This document shows, piece by piece, positions 10,179 to 19,897 of a stretch of 64,000 nt of DNA. How positions within the stretch are numbered: the first letter of the stretch is position 1; each line of letters opens with the position of its first letter. The stretch spans positions 1,111-65,110 of the forward strand of contig JAJZIX010000003.1 of the NCBI GenBank assembly GCA_021810345.1, in the 5' to 3' direction. The position numbers were made by a program, and so were the translations under genes. This stretch comes from Nanobdellota archaeon. GTDB taxonomy: Archaea; Nanobdellota; Nanobdellia; Parvarchaeales; Parvarchaeaceae. The notes under the pieces were generated by a model that was not told the DNA's origin, ran no database searches, and saw nothing but the letters and a program-made list of their open reading frames with translations.

Positions 10179-11281
10179 TGGAAGAAGTTATAACAGTGCA
10201 CTATGACGAGATCGCCTTAAAGGGCAAAAACAGGCCTGTTTTCCAGAGAAAGCTTATAGACAACATAGTCGAGAAGGTGGGCGCGAAAACTGAGCTGAGA
10301 GAGAGCAGGCTAATCATCCATAATGCAGATGCAGAGGCGTATGAGAAGCTCAGGCTTACACCAGGAGTCTCATGGTATGCGAAGGGACTCGTTATGGAGC
10401 GCGATTACAACAAACTTGAGGAAGTCTTAAAGGATTTAGTGTCCATGTCACCAGAAAGGAATCTTAACCTGGATGTTAAGAGGGCCGATAAAGGGTTCGA
10501 GGACACATCGCTTGAGCTTAAGGGGCGGCTATGTAAAAACCTTAGAATAAAGCTGGACAAATCCGCCAGGAAAGTAAGAGTGGACATAATGCACGACCTG
10601 TTTATAATAAATTATGATATAGAGAGGGGAATCGGTGGCCTGCCAGTCGGCACGGCCGGGAAGGTAATATCGCTTTTCTCCGGCGGGATAGACTCGGCAG
10701 TAGCACCAATAGAGATAATGAAAAGAGGGGCGAAAGTGGACTTGCTTCATGTCTACGCGCTACCCTCGCACGAAGCAGCGTTAAACCAGAAGATAAACAG
10801 GCTTGCAAGCAGGATTGCAGAAGTCGGTGGCCTGGACCTTTACCTAGTTCCTTTCCACGTTTTCAGCATGAAAACCATCGATGTGAATTCAAGGTATGAG
10901 CTGGTGCTGTTCAAGAGATTCCTGCTGAAGCTTGCAGATTCAATAGCGCGCAACTACGGATACAAAGCGATATGCTCCGGCGATGCACTGTCCCAGGTCG
11001 CCTCGCAGACCCTTGACAATATAAATGCAGTAAGCTATGGTATAGACACTCCTGTGCTGAGGCCGTTGATTGGCTATAACAAGGAAGAGATAATACTGAA
11101 AGCAAAGCGTTATGGCACGTATGATATCTCCATAGAAGATTACAAGGACTGCTGCTCGATAACATCAAGGAACCCCGCCACATCAGCTAAAAGAGAGAAG
11201 CTGGAGGAAATCGAGAAAAAGGTCGATATGGACGCGATAGTGGAGAAGAGCATCGAGAAAATAAACGTAAAAACCTACTAA
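10178..11281 (+). CDS. thiI: tRNA sulfurtransferase ThiI (THUMP plus PP-loop, no rhodanese domain)
   Basis: 367 aa with an SGGIDSAVA PP-loop and an N-terminal THUMP-like region. Overlaps the archease stop. Confidence 0.9.
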   Translation: MEEVITVHYDEIALKGKNRPVFQRKLIDNIVEKVGAKTELRESRLIIHNADAEAYEKLRLTPGVSWYAKGLVMERDYNKLEEVLKDLVSMSPERNLNLDVKRADKGFEDTSLELKGRLCKNLRIKLDKSARKVRVDIMHDLFIINYDIERGIGGLPVGTAGKVISLFSGGIDSAVAPIEIMKRGAKVDLLHVYALPSHEAALNQKINRLASRIAEVGGLDLYLVPFHVFSMKTIDVNSRYELVLFKRFLLKLADSIARNYGYKAICSGDALSQVASQTLDNINAVSYGIDTPVLRPLIGYNKEEIILKAKRYGTYDISIEDYKDCCSITSRNPATSAKREKLEEIEKKVDMDAIVEKSIEKINVKTY

Positions 11282-11289
11282 TCCACTTA

Positions 11290-12099
11290 TTAGAGATGCC
11301 TCACATAATCATAGATGAACAGCTGAGCGTACCCTGCGTACCTGCCGAAGTAATCTGACATCGCCTTGCGCTTGCTTTTGTAGCTTTTTAGTCCTTTCAA
11401 AAGGTGTGGATAATTGTTGCTCAGCGCCCTCAGTATCCACACATCCATCGGGAAGGCTGAGAGATCGTGCAGACCATAGAGCATTGTGCAGTCTAGCACT
11501 TTATCGCCCACCCCAAGTATATTCGAGAGACTCTCCCGAAGCTCATCCACAGACATGTCCTCCGAAATCTCATGAGAATAAAAGTAATCGGCCGCTGAAA
11601 GAACAAAGCGTGACCTGAATCCCAGCTTGACCCGCTCAAGCTTGTCCTTCCCACCGTCATGTACTGATTGGTAGCTCGGGAAGCTGTTCAGCTCTATCCC
11701 ACTTACAGACGATCCAGATCCATACAGCTTTGATAATGTCTTTATCCTTTTAGTGATCAGCGGGATGTTGGACTGGATTGACAGTATAAAACTCAGAGTG
11801 GATGGCCAAAGCCCGTCTTTTACTACACGCAGGCCGTATGAGTATGAAATCGCTCTGTCAATAAAGTCGTCCTTGTCTATCTCTGCCTTTATCCCCTCAA
11901 TATCATCATCTAGACCGAGCATTTGCTTGACCTCCATCTCAGATGCACCAGAAAATTCGATTTCTCCGCTTGGTTTCTGTTTTAGAAGGATTGGTTTCTT
12001 GAAAAAGGAGCACCAGGATCCATTTACTTTTGACCAGCCGAACGTCTGACCGGCCAGCAGGGTCTTATCCAGCAAAAATCCAGTGGTTTTAAGTTCCAT
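11290..12099 (-). CDS. ogg: 8-oxoguanine DNA glycosylase/AP lyase (OGG1/Ogg2-type HhH-GPD)
   Basis: GVGDKVLDCTMLYGLHDLSAFPMDVWI parallels the OGG1 catalytic motif GVGTKVADC...VPVDVH, including the Lys and Asp. Confidence 0.7.
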   Translation of the reverse strand: MELKTTGFLLDKTLLAGQTFGWSKVNGSWCSFFKKPILLKQKPSGEIEFSGASEMEVKQMLGLDDDIEGIKAEIDKDDFIDRAISYSYGLRVVKDGLWPSTLSFILSIQSNIPLITKRIKTLSKLYGSGSSVSGIELNSFPSYQSVHDGGKDKLERVKLGFRSRFVLSAADYFYSHEISEDMSVDELRESLSNILGVGDKVLDCTMLYGLHDLSAFPMDVWILRALSNNYPHLLKGLKSYKSKRKAMSDYFGRYAGYAQLFIYDYVRHL

Positions 12100-12145
12100 G
12101 CCGCGCCTTTAAAATGTATAAATATGATGAAATTTCCGTATATTA

Positions 12146-13525
12146 ATGGCTTCTGGAGACTCGACTATAGACAAACAGTCTCTACTTGAGGGGATTTTAG
12201 ACGGTTCTATCAACACGTCCTCTTTGGACCAGGAATACGGCTATCTTGAGAGCTATCTATCGTATATAAATCCAAAGAAAGCAGCCAAACACTACGGAAA
12301 ATATGGTCTGAAGCGCTATTATGCCGAAGCACTGAACATAGATCTAGATTATATAGACTTAAAACCAAAAAATAAACACGAGATTCTCTCACCAATCAAG
12401 AGGGGCCTCAGCAGCCTCATAAACTGGACGGTTTTCCTGCCTCTTAAGCTGTTTTCAAAAACGTATGATTACGTCCTAAGAAAAACAAACAACCATCTTG
12501 CTGCAAGCGCGACTGCGACATCTAGCCTGGCCTTCTCATTGGATTTTTACCTGCTTGACGCTTATTCTTACCTATCTGCTCCAGTTTATACCTCCAGTGC
12601 GTTCTCATCAATATTCATCGACTCTATGGAGAGCGGTCTTCCATATGTATTCGCGGCCGCTGCTGTAACAGGGGCAGCATCTTCACTGTTATCACTCGGG
12701 CTTGTGGGCCTGCAGAAGCTAATGTTTAGGACAAAAAAGATAAACCAAGATGAGTTAGAGAATGATATAAGAGACTTGACTAATAAATTTTATTCCTCAT
12801 GGAGAAAATATGAGGCTCTTGTATCGAACTACAACATAGAGGATGTTGACATAAATATGCTTGATGCGGTCTACTCCATGGTAACATCCAAAATGAGTCT
12901 GCCAGCTGTCGACATAAAAGACCATGACTACGATATAATACCATCAATATCTAAAGCCATTGGAAAAACCGCATATCCGGACAGCATAATACACCACTGC
13001 CCGGCTTCAATCGGCGGCGCCACAATCATCCCTATGGGCGCTTTGGGTTATTTTATGAGAAAGCACATTTATAACTTTGTATTTGTGAACAAGCTGCGTG
13101 CATATGCAGCACCAAACTATGATTTTCCAGTTGCGCACGAACTGGCGCATGCTTCGGGTCATTTGACTGAATCTATGGCGAATGCCTACGCCATGAGGTC
13201 AATGAAACACCTCAATGAGGAATACCCAATGCAAGGGTATGACCTATTCATGCTTTCAAACGGACTTGCCTTCGCTGTGGGTGCACTAAAGCACATTTTA
13301 AAGGACGAAGATGAATTCAATGAAAAATTAAACGAATTTAAAGTACCAAAATTCATACACGATGTGATAATGTCGGATGATTACTCATACTTCTCCCCAG
13401 TGCCGCAGCTCTACAAGCTTAACAAAAAGTTCTCGCTTGAGAAAGCTTTTATCGGGCTTTACATCACCGGCGCTTATATTGCGATTAAAAAATTGGAGAA
13501 AAAGACCGGGGAAAGTTTTTATTAA
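12146..13525 (+). CDS. hypothetical protein with a HExxH zinc-metallopeptidase-like motif
   Basis: 459 aa containing FPVAHELAHASGH. Hydrophobic segments suggest membrane association. No confident family assignment. Confidence 0.5.
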   Translation: MASGDSTIDKQSLLEGILDGSINTSSLDQEYGYLESYLSYINPKKAAKHYGKYGLKRYYAEALNIDLDYIDLKPKNKHEILSPIKRGLSSLINWTVFLPLKLFSKTYDYVLRKTNNHLAASATATSSLAFSLDFYLLDAYSYLSAPVYTSSAFSSIFIDSMESGLPYVFAAAAVTGAASSLLSLGLVGLQKLMFRTKKINQDELENDIRDLTNKFYSSWRKYEALVSNYNIEDVDINMLDAVYSMVTSKMSLPAVDIKDHDYDIIPSISKAIGKTAYPDSIIHHCPASIGGATIIPMGALGYFMRKHIYNFVFVNKLRAYAAPNYDFPVAHELAHASGHLTESMANAYAMRSMKHLNEEYPMQGYDLFMLSNGLAFAVGALKHILKDEDEFNEKLNEFKVPKFIHDVIMSDDYSYFSPVPQLYKLNKKFSLEKAFIGLYITGAYIAIKKLEKKTGESFY

Positions 13526-13547
13526 CTGAGTACTTTATTAATGAATT

Positions 13548-13631
13548 GCTGGGTTAGCCAAGCGGTCGACGGCGCCGGTCTTGAAAACCGGTTGGCGAAA
13601 GCCTCCGCAGGTTCGAATCCTGCACCCAGCG
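13548..13631 (+). tRNA. tRNA-Ser (anticodon TGA)
   Basis: Manual cloverleaf. Acceptor GCTGGGT/ACCCAGC, anticodon stem CCGGT/ACCGG with loop CTTGAAA, long variable arm, T-arm GCAGG-TTCGAAT-CCTGC. CCA is not encoded. Confidence 0.85.
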
Positions 13632-13650
13632 AGTTTATCCTATCTAAGAA

Positions 13651-13983
13651 TCAGATATCGTCCAATATACTTTTGCGCGAAACCCTTAGCCCCTCGAATA
13701 TCACTCCTGCCCTTGACAGCTTCATCCTTTTCTGCGCAGAAGTCCTGCTGTTGCTTTTGCCATTGATGGTATATCCACCGACCGACCCATCTGATCTGAC
13801 CACTCTGAAGCAGGGGTATTTTTCCGGATGGTCGTTTCTGCTAAGTATGAAGCCGACGTATCTCGGGCTGATCCCCAGTTTTCTGGATATGGCCCCGTAG
13901 GTCACTACTTTGCCATTTGGTATTTTTCTCAGTATTCTGTAAACATCTTTGTATGGATCTTTACTTTTTTTCGCCATATACAC
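13651..13983 (-). CDS. single-domain MGMT/Atl-like methylated-DNA-binding protein
   Basis: 110 aa. YGAISRKLGISPRYVGFILSRN helix-turn-helix followed by PCFRVV, where the canonical motif is PCHRV and Atl proteins have PWHRV. No N-terminal MGMT domain. Confidence 0.75.
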   Translation of the reverse strand: MYMAKKSKDPYKDVYRILRKIPNGKVVTYGAISRKLGISPRYVGFILSRNDHPEKYPCFRVVRSDGSVGGYTINGKSNSRTSAQKRMKLSRAGVIFEGLRVSRKSILDDI

Positions 13984-14656
13984 TGTCTAGGACCTCCTGC
14001 TCTGTTAGAAGATCCTGTTTTCCCAATTTTAGGAACCAGTTGTTTATGTTATTTATATCCCTTGTAAGATATTCCTTCGTCAAGCTGGTAAGCTTGAGTG
14101 ACTGTGAGAAGTCTATAAGATATGGCTTGGAATCAAAATTCAGGATATTGTATGGGCTCAGGTCGCCGTGTATCATGCCACTTTTTCCCATCTTTATTAT
14201 GAAGCCGATTATGTCCTTATACCATTCTTCCAGGTCAAAATTCGAATCCTTTATAGCAGAGGCAGCCGGCACACTATTGAAGCCGACGAATCCCATTACT
14301 ATCAGATTTTTGTAGAGCCCTATTGGTTTTGGCGCCCTGACACCAGAGTTGAAAGCCCTTTCAAGCGATTTGTATTCGTACCTGGTCCAATCATCTATTG
14401 TGTTGAGGAATCCACCGCTTTTTATGCCCCTAAGGGACAGGTATGAGGGTATCTCCTTAAATGACTGGATGTTGTGCCTGTGTATCTTCACAGCCACTTC
14501 ATACCCATGCACATCCTTGCTGTAGAAAACATAAGATTCCTTTCCAGTACCTATGGGCCCTATTAGCTCTGTTATCAGCCCGTCACTAGTGAGCTTCACT
14601 ATGTTCCTTAGTGTATGCTGGTCGAATACGTGCAAAAATGTCTTATTTTCTTGCAT
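13961..14656 (-). CDS. RIO-type serine protein kinase (Rio1-like)
   Basis: [25 protein letters not shown] and IDFSQS motifs. 231 aa with no wHTH domain. Confidence 0.85.
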   Translation of the reverse strand: MQENKTFLHVFDQHTLRNIVKLTSDGLITELIGPIGTGKESYVFYSKDVHGYEVAVKIHRHNIQSFKEIPSYLSLRGIKSGGFLNTIDDWTRYEYKSLERAFNSGVRAPKPIGLYKNLIVMGFVGFNSVPAASAIKDSNFDLEEWYKDIIGFIIKMGKSGMIHGDLSPYNILNFDSKPYLIDFSQSLKLTSLTKEYLTRDINNINNWFLKLGKQDLLTEQEVLDSVYGEKK

Positions 14657-16565
14657 AATGTTTCGACAACGCAGCGTTTATTGAGGATATCAGCTTTTTC
14701 TTGGCCGCGCTGTCTGGCATCGAGTACTTCACCACATCCGCTATCGTTGAAACCGGCAAGACCTTGATTATATGTGGATCCGATAGGATGAGATCGTTTA
14801 CATTCGAGGAGGGTATTATTACCTCCTTTATTCCTGCGTTTATGGCGGCTTCTACCTTTGCGGTTATCCCGCCCACTGGCAGAACCTCTCCCAAAATGGA
14901 TAGCGAGCCCGTCATAGCGAGCGATTGCTTTATAGGTATGCCGGTAATTGCAGACAGGATGCTTACAGCAACACTTATGCTTGCACTGTCGCCTTCAACC
15001 CCCGAGTAAGCTTGAAGAAACTGGATGTGTATATCATAGTCGGTAAGTGGCTTGTTCGAGTAAGATTTTATGACAGCTGATACGTTCTTCACTGCTTCCT
15101 GTGCTATTTCCCCAAGCTTGCCGGTCGCTATTATCTCCCCACTGCCCTTTCTCATGCTCCTTGTCGTTATGGCTTCTATTGGGAGCAGAAGGCCTGAATC
15201 AGAATTTTCTATTACGGCGAGCCCGTTAACCCTTCCTATGCGGGATCCAGTTATCTGTATCACATCGTATGCTTTCTTGTCCTGTATATACTTGGACGCG
15301 ATCTGCTGTTCGAATGAAACGGCATAGTTCTTCGCGTCTAGGACGTCCTGCTTCGTCACTACTTTGTGTTTTCGCTCTACGGCAATATCGCCTGCAACCC
15401 TGACTATGCCGCCAAGCTCCCTCAGTTTAAGCGTCAATGAATTCTTCTTGTCAGATTTTCTCCTTGCTTCGTTAACTATTTCGATTGCAGCTTCCCTTGA
15501 GAAGTGTGGTATCTTCTTGTCTTTGCTGACTTCCTGGGCGATGAAACGAGCAATCTTATCCCTGTTCTCAAGCGTATCTGGCATGGTTTCGTTCATATAT
15601 ATCTCATAACCATATCCTCTTATCCTTGACCTTAAAGCAGGACTCATGTTTGATATAGATTGCGGGTTACCTGCCCCCACCAATATAAAGTCGCATGGAA
15701 CCGGGTTCGTTTTTACCATCGCTCCAGCGCTTCTCTCGCTCCTACCGGTTATACTGACTTTTTTGTCCTGCATCGCGGTCAAAAGCTGTATCTGCGTTTC
15801 CGGGGTTAAGTTAGCAATCTCATCTATGAAAAGCACGCCACCGTTTGCCTTGTGGATATCACCAAGTACAACTCTCTCATGGGCTGGAGTTCCAAGCCCA
15901 CCAGACTGAAATGGATCGTGCTGCACGTCTCCTAAAAGGGCCCCTTCTTTCGCCCCTGTGGAATCGACAAAAGGAGCGTGCTTTACACCTGAATTATCTA
16001 GAAGGAGCTTAGGCAGAGATACCATCATTCTTGGCTTTCCGACCCTGTATATCAATAACACTAAAAGGAAGCCTATAAGCATGGTTATGATGAAAAGAGT
16101 CCCGGATATCTGGTTTGCTGCGGCTAGGACGTCATTCTTTTGGCTTGACACAAGCATACTGACGATATAGCTTGCTATGAAAAATGCAACAAGAAAACCT
16201 AGGAATATTATCATACTGTTGCCATTGCTGAAGGAGGACATGCTTTTTGCCTTGGCCTGGCTGACTATTTTCTTGCCTTCTCCTGCTGGCACTGTCTTTA
16301 TTATCGGCTCATTCTCATCCTTTGGGTTTGGAAAAGACAAGATATCGACAAGCTTCTCCGATGGAAGAAGCTCGGAAAGTGCTTGACCAAGCATGCTTTT
16401 ACCGGTTCCGGGACTGCCGACTAGAAGCACATTTCTCCTCTGGATGGAGGCTTTCTTTATTATTTCTACCGCCCTCTCCTGGCCAATCACTTGGTCCACC
16501 ACCCTTTGTGGTACCTTTATCTCATCTGTAGACTTAAAGTCAGCACTAAAAATCTTCTCCACCAT
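14643..16565 (-). CDS. lonB: archaeal membrane-bound Lon protease (LonB)
   Basis: 640 aa. Walker [11 protein letters not shown] insertion in the AAA domain, [10 protein letters not shown], and protease Ser-Lys dyad [23 protein letters not shown]. Confidence 0.95.
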   Translation of the reverse strand: MVEKIFSADFKSTDEIKVPQRVVDQVIGQERAVEIIKKASIQRRNVLLVGSPGTGKSMLGQALSELLPSEKLVDILSFPNPKDENEPIIKTVPAGEGKKIVSQAKAKSMSSFSNGNSMIIFLGFLVAFFIASYIVSMLVSSQKNDVLAAANQISGTLFIITMLIGFLLVLLIYRVGKPRMMVSLPKLLLDNSGVKHAPFVDSTGAKEGALLGDVQHDPFQSGGLGTPAHERVVLGDIHKANGGVLFIDEIANLTPETQIQLLTAMQDKKVSITGRSERSAGAMVKTNPVPCDFILVGAGNPQSISNMSPALRSRIRGYGYEIYMNETMPDTLENRDKIARFIAQEVSKDKKIPHFSREAAIEIVNEARRKSDKKNSLTLKLRELGGIVRVAGDIAVERKHKVVTKQDVLDAKNYAVSFEQQIASKYIQDKKAYDVIQITGSRIGRVNGLAVIENSDSGLLLPIEAITTRSMRKGSGEIIATGKLGEIAQEAVKNVSAVIKSYSNKPLTDYDIHIQFLQAYSGVEGDSASISVAVSILSAITGIPIKQSLAMTGSLSILGEVLPVGGITAKVEAAINAGIKEVIIPSSNVNDLILSDPHIIKVLPVSTIADVVKYSMPDSAAKKKLISSINAALSKHYARK

Positions 16566-16618
16566 ACACTAAATGATATACCCGACAATTTATATATTAA
16601 TCAGCACAAAGAAGGCAC

Positions 16619-16903
16619 TTATACTTCTTCCTGCTGTGGAGTCTCGGCCTCTGACTGCGCCGAAACTATACTTGAAATTATGAATATGTCGCCTATTGCT
16701 CTCACAAGGCTGTGCTGTATTATCGCACCTCTTGCGCCTTTTATCATCTTTGAAAGGTTGGATGAAGGGCTTGCGCGTATCCTCCAGCTGACTATCCTGT
16801 TATCCTGTATTATGGCCTCATCGACCTCTCCAAAGTATGTTCCGCTGTCGGTGTAAACCTTAAGCCCGTAAGTGTCAGTTATATTTTTTAATTTCAATGC
16901 CAT
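16619..16903 (-). CDS. PRC-barrel domain protein
   Basis: 94 aa. KVYTDSGTYFGEVDEAIIQDNRIVSWRI resembles small archaeal PRC-barrel proteins. Confidence 0.5.
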   Translation of the reverse strand: MALKLKNITDTYGLKVYTDSGTYFGEVDEAIIQDNRIVSWRIRASPSSNLSKMIKGARGAIIQHSLVRAIGDIFIISSIVSAQSEAETPQQEEV

Positions 16904-16956
16904 AATTCTAACTGTCTTTTTTTACTTAAATACCTATCTATCAGACAAAATTTTAG

Positions 16957-19008
16957 TCAAACGAATATCTTAAAGTCGACTGCGATGACCCTATTTTTGA
17001 ATACCAGCAGAGGGTTCAAGTCCACATCCTTTACCTGCGGATTTGCATCCATGAAGTGCGACAATTTCAGCACATAATCGATTATCTCATTGAAAATTGC
17101 CGGCTCCACTGCCTTCGATAGAATTTTGCCTATTTTTGATTCACGAAGATTGGATATGTCCTTGTCAGAAATCGGCGACAGGACAAACTCTGTCTCATTT
17201 ATATCGTTCGCGTAGACGCCCCCAAGTCCAAGTCCCGTCATCGGACCAAATTGAGGGTCCCTATGGGCACCAAGAAGGATCTCAAGTGGCGCTTCCCCGA
17301 ATTTATTCGCATCCTCATACAGTTCATATCTGTACTTCTTTACGCCTTCGCTCGCCATATTTGCATCCATAAGCCCCACGGCCTTGACAAGCTGATCCTG
17401 ATTCATTATAGCGGGTATCACTCCACCGACCCTGCTTTTGTGCGGTATATTATCAGAGGATACCTTGAGGACGCAAGGGTAGCCTATTTTCACTGCGGCC
17501 TTCAAAACGTCTTTTTTCTTCTCTATGATTGCGCCTGCTGCCGTCGAGAAATCCATAGCCTCAAAGATTTTCTTAGCTGGCATGCCAAACAAATTTTTGC
17601 TTATATTCGCTTTCCTAATCTTATACTTTTTCGATTCATAGAGCCTGAAAGTCGGCTCTTTGTGGGAGTAGTATGTGTATACTCCTTTTATAACGTCAAC
17701 TGCTTCGTTTGGATAGGAGTAGATCGGCATCCCTTTCTCAAGAAGGTAGCGCCTTGCTCTCTCCACACGCGTTCCACCGAGAAAAACCGATAGGATGGGG
17801 ATAGCTGGATTGCGCAGGTGTGCCTCGTATATCTCTTTTGCAGTTTCTATCGGCATCGACATCTCCTGCGGTGAGAAGATGACTATTATCGGTTTTTTCA
17901 ACTTTGTAAGAATATTCAAGGTGTCCTTGTACCTGTCTGGAGTAGCGTCCCCCACTATATCCACAGGATTGTGTATATTGGCTTCGGGCGGAAGAGCGGA
18001 CTTTAAATCTGAAGTGGTTTTCTGGTCAAACTGCGCAAGCTCCAATCCTGCCTGATTTATGTGGTCTGCAGTTACTACGCCACCTCCACCGGCATTTGTT
18101 ATTATTATTATTTCCTTGCTTTCAATCTTCAATGTCGGTGTATCGCGCATCAGGTTGAAAAGGTCGTCTATGTTGTTGACGGAGATGACTCCTGCCTTGT
18201 TGAATGCAAGCTCATATACTTTGTAATTACCCGCCAGCGAACCTGTGTGGGAAGCAACAGCCGAAGCCGTAGAATCGAATTTTCCCCCCTTAAGCGCCAA
18301 TATCGGCTTATTTTTTGAGAATTCAGTGACGGATTTCATGAACTTTTTGGCATCCTTAAGGCCCTCAAGATAAATGGCCATTATTTTTGTTTTTTCATCG
18401 TTCTTCAGTGCATCCATTATATCCGCTTCATCCAGATCGATTGCGTTGCCTATGCTGAATATCTTACTAAAGCCTATATTGTTCACGGAAGCATCGTCGA
18501 CTACTGCACTTAGAATCGCCCCACTCTGTGATATGAAGCCCGCTGCGCCCTTTAGAACTTTGGAGCTAGGATCTATGAACGTTGCGTTGAACGGGGGATC
18601 AGTGTTTATTATTCCAAGGCAGTTCGGTCCAACCACCCTTATTTTTGCCTTGTTAAGGAACGAGCGTATCTCTTTTTCCATCTTTGCGCCTTCTCCACCA
18701 ACTTCCGAGAAGCCGGCGCTGACTATTATTGCAAGGCCGATTTTCTTCCTCTCGCATTCCTTCAATACCTTCAGAACTGACTCCGCAGGCACAGAAATCA
18801 CTGCAATATCTATGTTGTCCTTGACATTAAGTACTGATTTATAAGCCTTCAAGCTCTGGAGCTCATCCGTTTGGTTGTTTATTGGGTAAATCTGACCTCT
18901 AAAACCCAAAATTAAGTTTTTTAGTATCGCGCTTCCTACTTTATTCGGGTTTCTAGATGCACCGATAACTGCTATTGACCTCGGTTCTAAAGTTTTTATC
19001 AGATCCAT
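16957..19008 (-). CDS. acd: acetyl-CoA synthetase (ADP-forming), fused alpha-beta; NDP-forming acyl-CoA synthetase
   Basis: 683 aa. N-terminal CoA-binding IAVIGASRNPNKVGSAI, succinyl-CoA-synthetase-like flavodoxin domains and a C-terminal ATP-grasp. Confidence 0.9.
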   Translation of the reverse strand: MDLIKTLEPRSIAVIGASRNPNKVGSAILKNLILGFRGQIYPINNQTDELQSLKAYKSVLNVKDNIDIAVISVPAESVLKVLKECERKKIGLAIIVSAGFSEVGGEGAKMEKEIRSFLNKAKIRVVGPNCLGIINTDPPFNATFIDPSSKVLKGAAGFISQSGAILSAVVDDASVNNIGFSKIFSIGNAIDLDEADIMDALKNDEKTKIMAIYLEGLKDAKKFMKSVTEFSKNKPILALKGGKFDSTASAVASHTGSLAGNYKVYELAFNKAGVISVNNIDDLFNLMRDTPTLKIESKEIIIITNAGGGGVVTADHINQAGLELAQFDQKTTSDLKSALPPEANIHNPVDIVGDATPDRYKDTLNILTKLKKPIIVIFSPQEMSMPIETAKEIYEAHLRNPAIPILSVFLGGTRVERARRYLLEKGMPIYSYPNEAVDVIKGVYTYYSHKEPTFRLYESKKYKIRKANISKNLFGMPAKKIFEAMDFSTAAGAIIEKKKDVLKAAVKIGYPCVLKVSSDNIPHKSRVGGVIPAIMNQDQLVKAVGLMDANMASEGVKKYRYELYEDANKFGEAPLEILLGAHRDPQFGPMTGLGLGGVYANDINETEFVLSPISDKDISNLRESKIGKILSKAVEPAIFNEIIDYVLKLSHFMDANPQVKDVDLNPLLVFKNRVIAVDFKIFV

Positions 19009-19129
19009 ATGTCATATATATACTTTTCTATATTATATGTCTATCTTTTTGGGAGGAATTTACTATTTTATTAACTACATATAAATAGTATAACCACACG
19101 AATTAAATACTGGAAAAACAATAAAAAAT

Positions 19130-19567
19130 TTATTTCGCCCTGAATTCTTCCCACGAGACTCGATTGTTCTCGATAGCTGACTTTACTCCCTGCTCAGCCC
19201 TGCTAAGCCCAGAGTCGCCAGTCTTTACCTCAACAAACTTTATCTTTACATCGGTGTTCTTGCCTTCTCTGAAGTCTGAAAGCCCCTCAAAAATTATATA
19301 ATCTACAGGATTACCGAGAAAATGGAAATCTGAAAGGCTCCCAAACTGATTATACAGTAATGGAAAAAGCTGCTCACTTATCTTGCCTTTTATCACAGGC
19401 CTCTGCAGATCAAGTGATTTCGATACCTCTTTTTTCAGTTCTTCCTCCTTCCATTTTTCAAGTGCCTTCTTTGCAGCCCTACGTAAAAATAACATGGAGA
19501 ATAGAATAGATAGAGCAAAGAATATGGCTGCGCCCAGAATAAATCCAATCAACAAGCTGCTTGCCAT
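19130..19567 (-). CDS. hypothetical membrane-anchored protein with an Hjc-like PD-(D/E)xK motif
   Basis: 145 aa. N-terminal TM helix, K/E-rich coiled coil, then GNPVDYIIFEG...IKFVEVKTG (a D...E-x-K pattern as in Hjc VDLVAG...IEVK). Confidence 0.5.
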   Translation of the reverse strand: MASSLLIGFILGAAIFFALSILFSMLFLRRAAKKALEKWKEEELKKEVSKSLDLQRPVIKGKISEQLFPLLYNQFGSLSDFHFLGNPVDYIIFEGLSDFREGKNTDVKIKFVEVKTGDSGLSRAEQGVKSAIENNRVSWEEFRAK

Positions 19568-19784
19568 AGTGATTTATGGATTTGAATGTATAAAGCCTTT
19601 TGGCCTTTAAAAGCAATCTATCGTAGTAAACGAGAAAACTCACATGTTTTAGTAGTTAGATAAAATGAATGCAAAAAATAGAAAACATAAATAGCAGAGA
19701 AGACAAAACAAGCGTATGAGAAACAGAAATCCTCTCAGCGGCGAATAGCTGCGGGAGCCTATCAATTTGTTGAGGATAGCAGTA

Positions 19785-19798
19785 AAAAAGTATAAATG
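19785..19798 (+). promoter_or_regulatory. putative TATA box for tRNA-Met
   Basis: AAAAGTATAAATGA is centred about 29 nt upstream of tRNA position 1. Confidence 0.4.
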
Positions 19799-19822
19799 AA
19801 GTTAGCTTGTAATTAAGGTATG

Positions 19823-19894
19823 GTCGGGGTAGTACAGCGGTAGTACGCCGCCCTCATGAGGCGGAGGTCGGGAGTTCAAATCTCCCCCCCGACA
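19823..19894 (+). tRNA. tRNA-Met (anticodon CAT; elongator, initiator or Ile2 not distinguished)
   Basis: Manual fold. Acceptor GTCGGGG/CCCCGAC, D-arm GTAC-AGCGGTA-GTAC, anticodon stem CCGCC/GGCGG with loop CTCATGA, T-arm GGGAG-TTCAAAT-CTCCC, discriminator A. Ends 3 nt before the stop of the giant gene. Confidence 0.85.
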
Positions 19895-19897
19895 TTT

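Noticed and set aside
13541-13900. Plus-strand ORFs 13541-13900 and 13581-13766
   Set aside because: They overlap the tRNA-Ser gene and the antisense of the MGMT-like gene. They have no coding signal.
17097-18844. Plus-strand ORFs antisense to the ADP-forming acetyl-CoA synthetase gene
   Set aside because: The acetyl-CoA synthetase frame has unambiguous conserved domains. The antisense ORFs are Cys-, Arg- and His-rich nonsense.
19568-19822. Possible small gene or att site in the 255-nt spacer before tRNA-Met
   Set aside because: Only an A-rich sequence with a TATA box for the tRNA. No ORF of 40 aa or more, no repeat of the tRNA 3' end and no integrase nearby.
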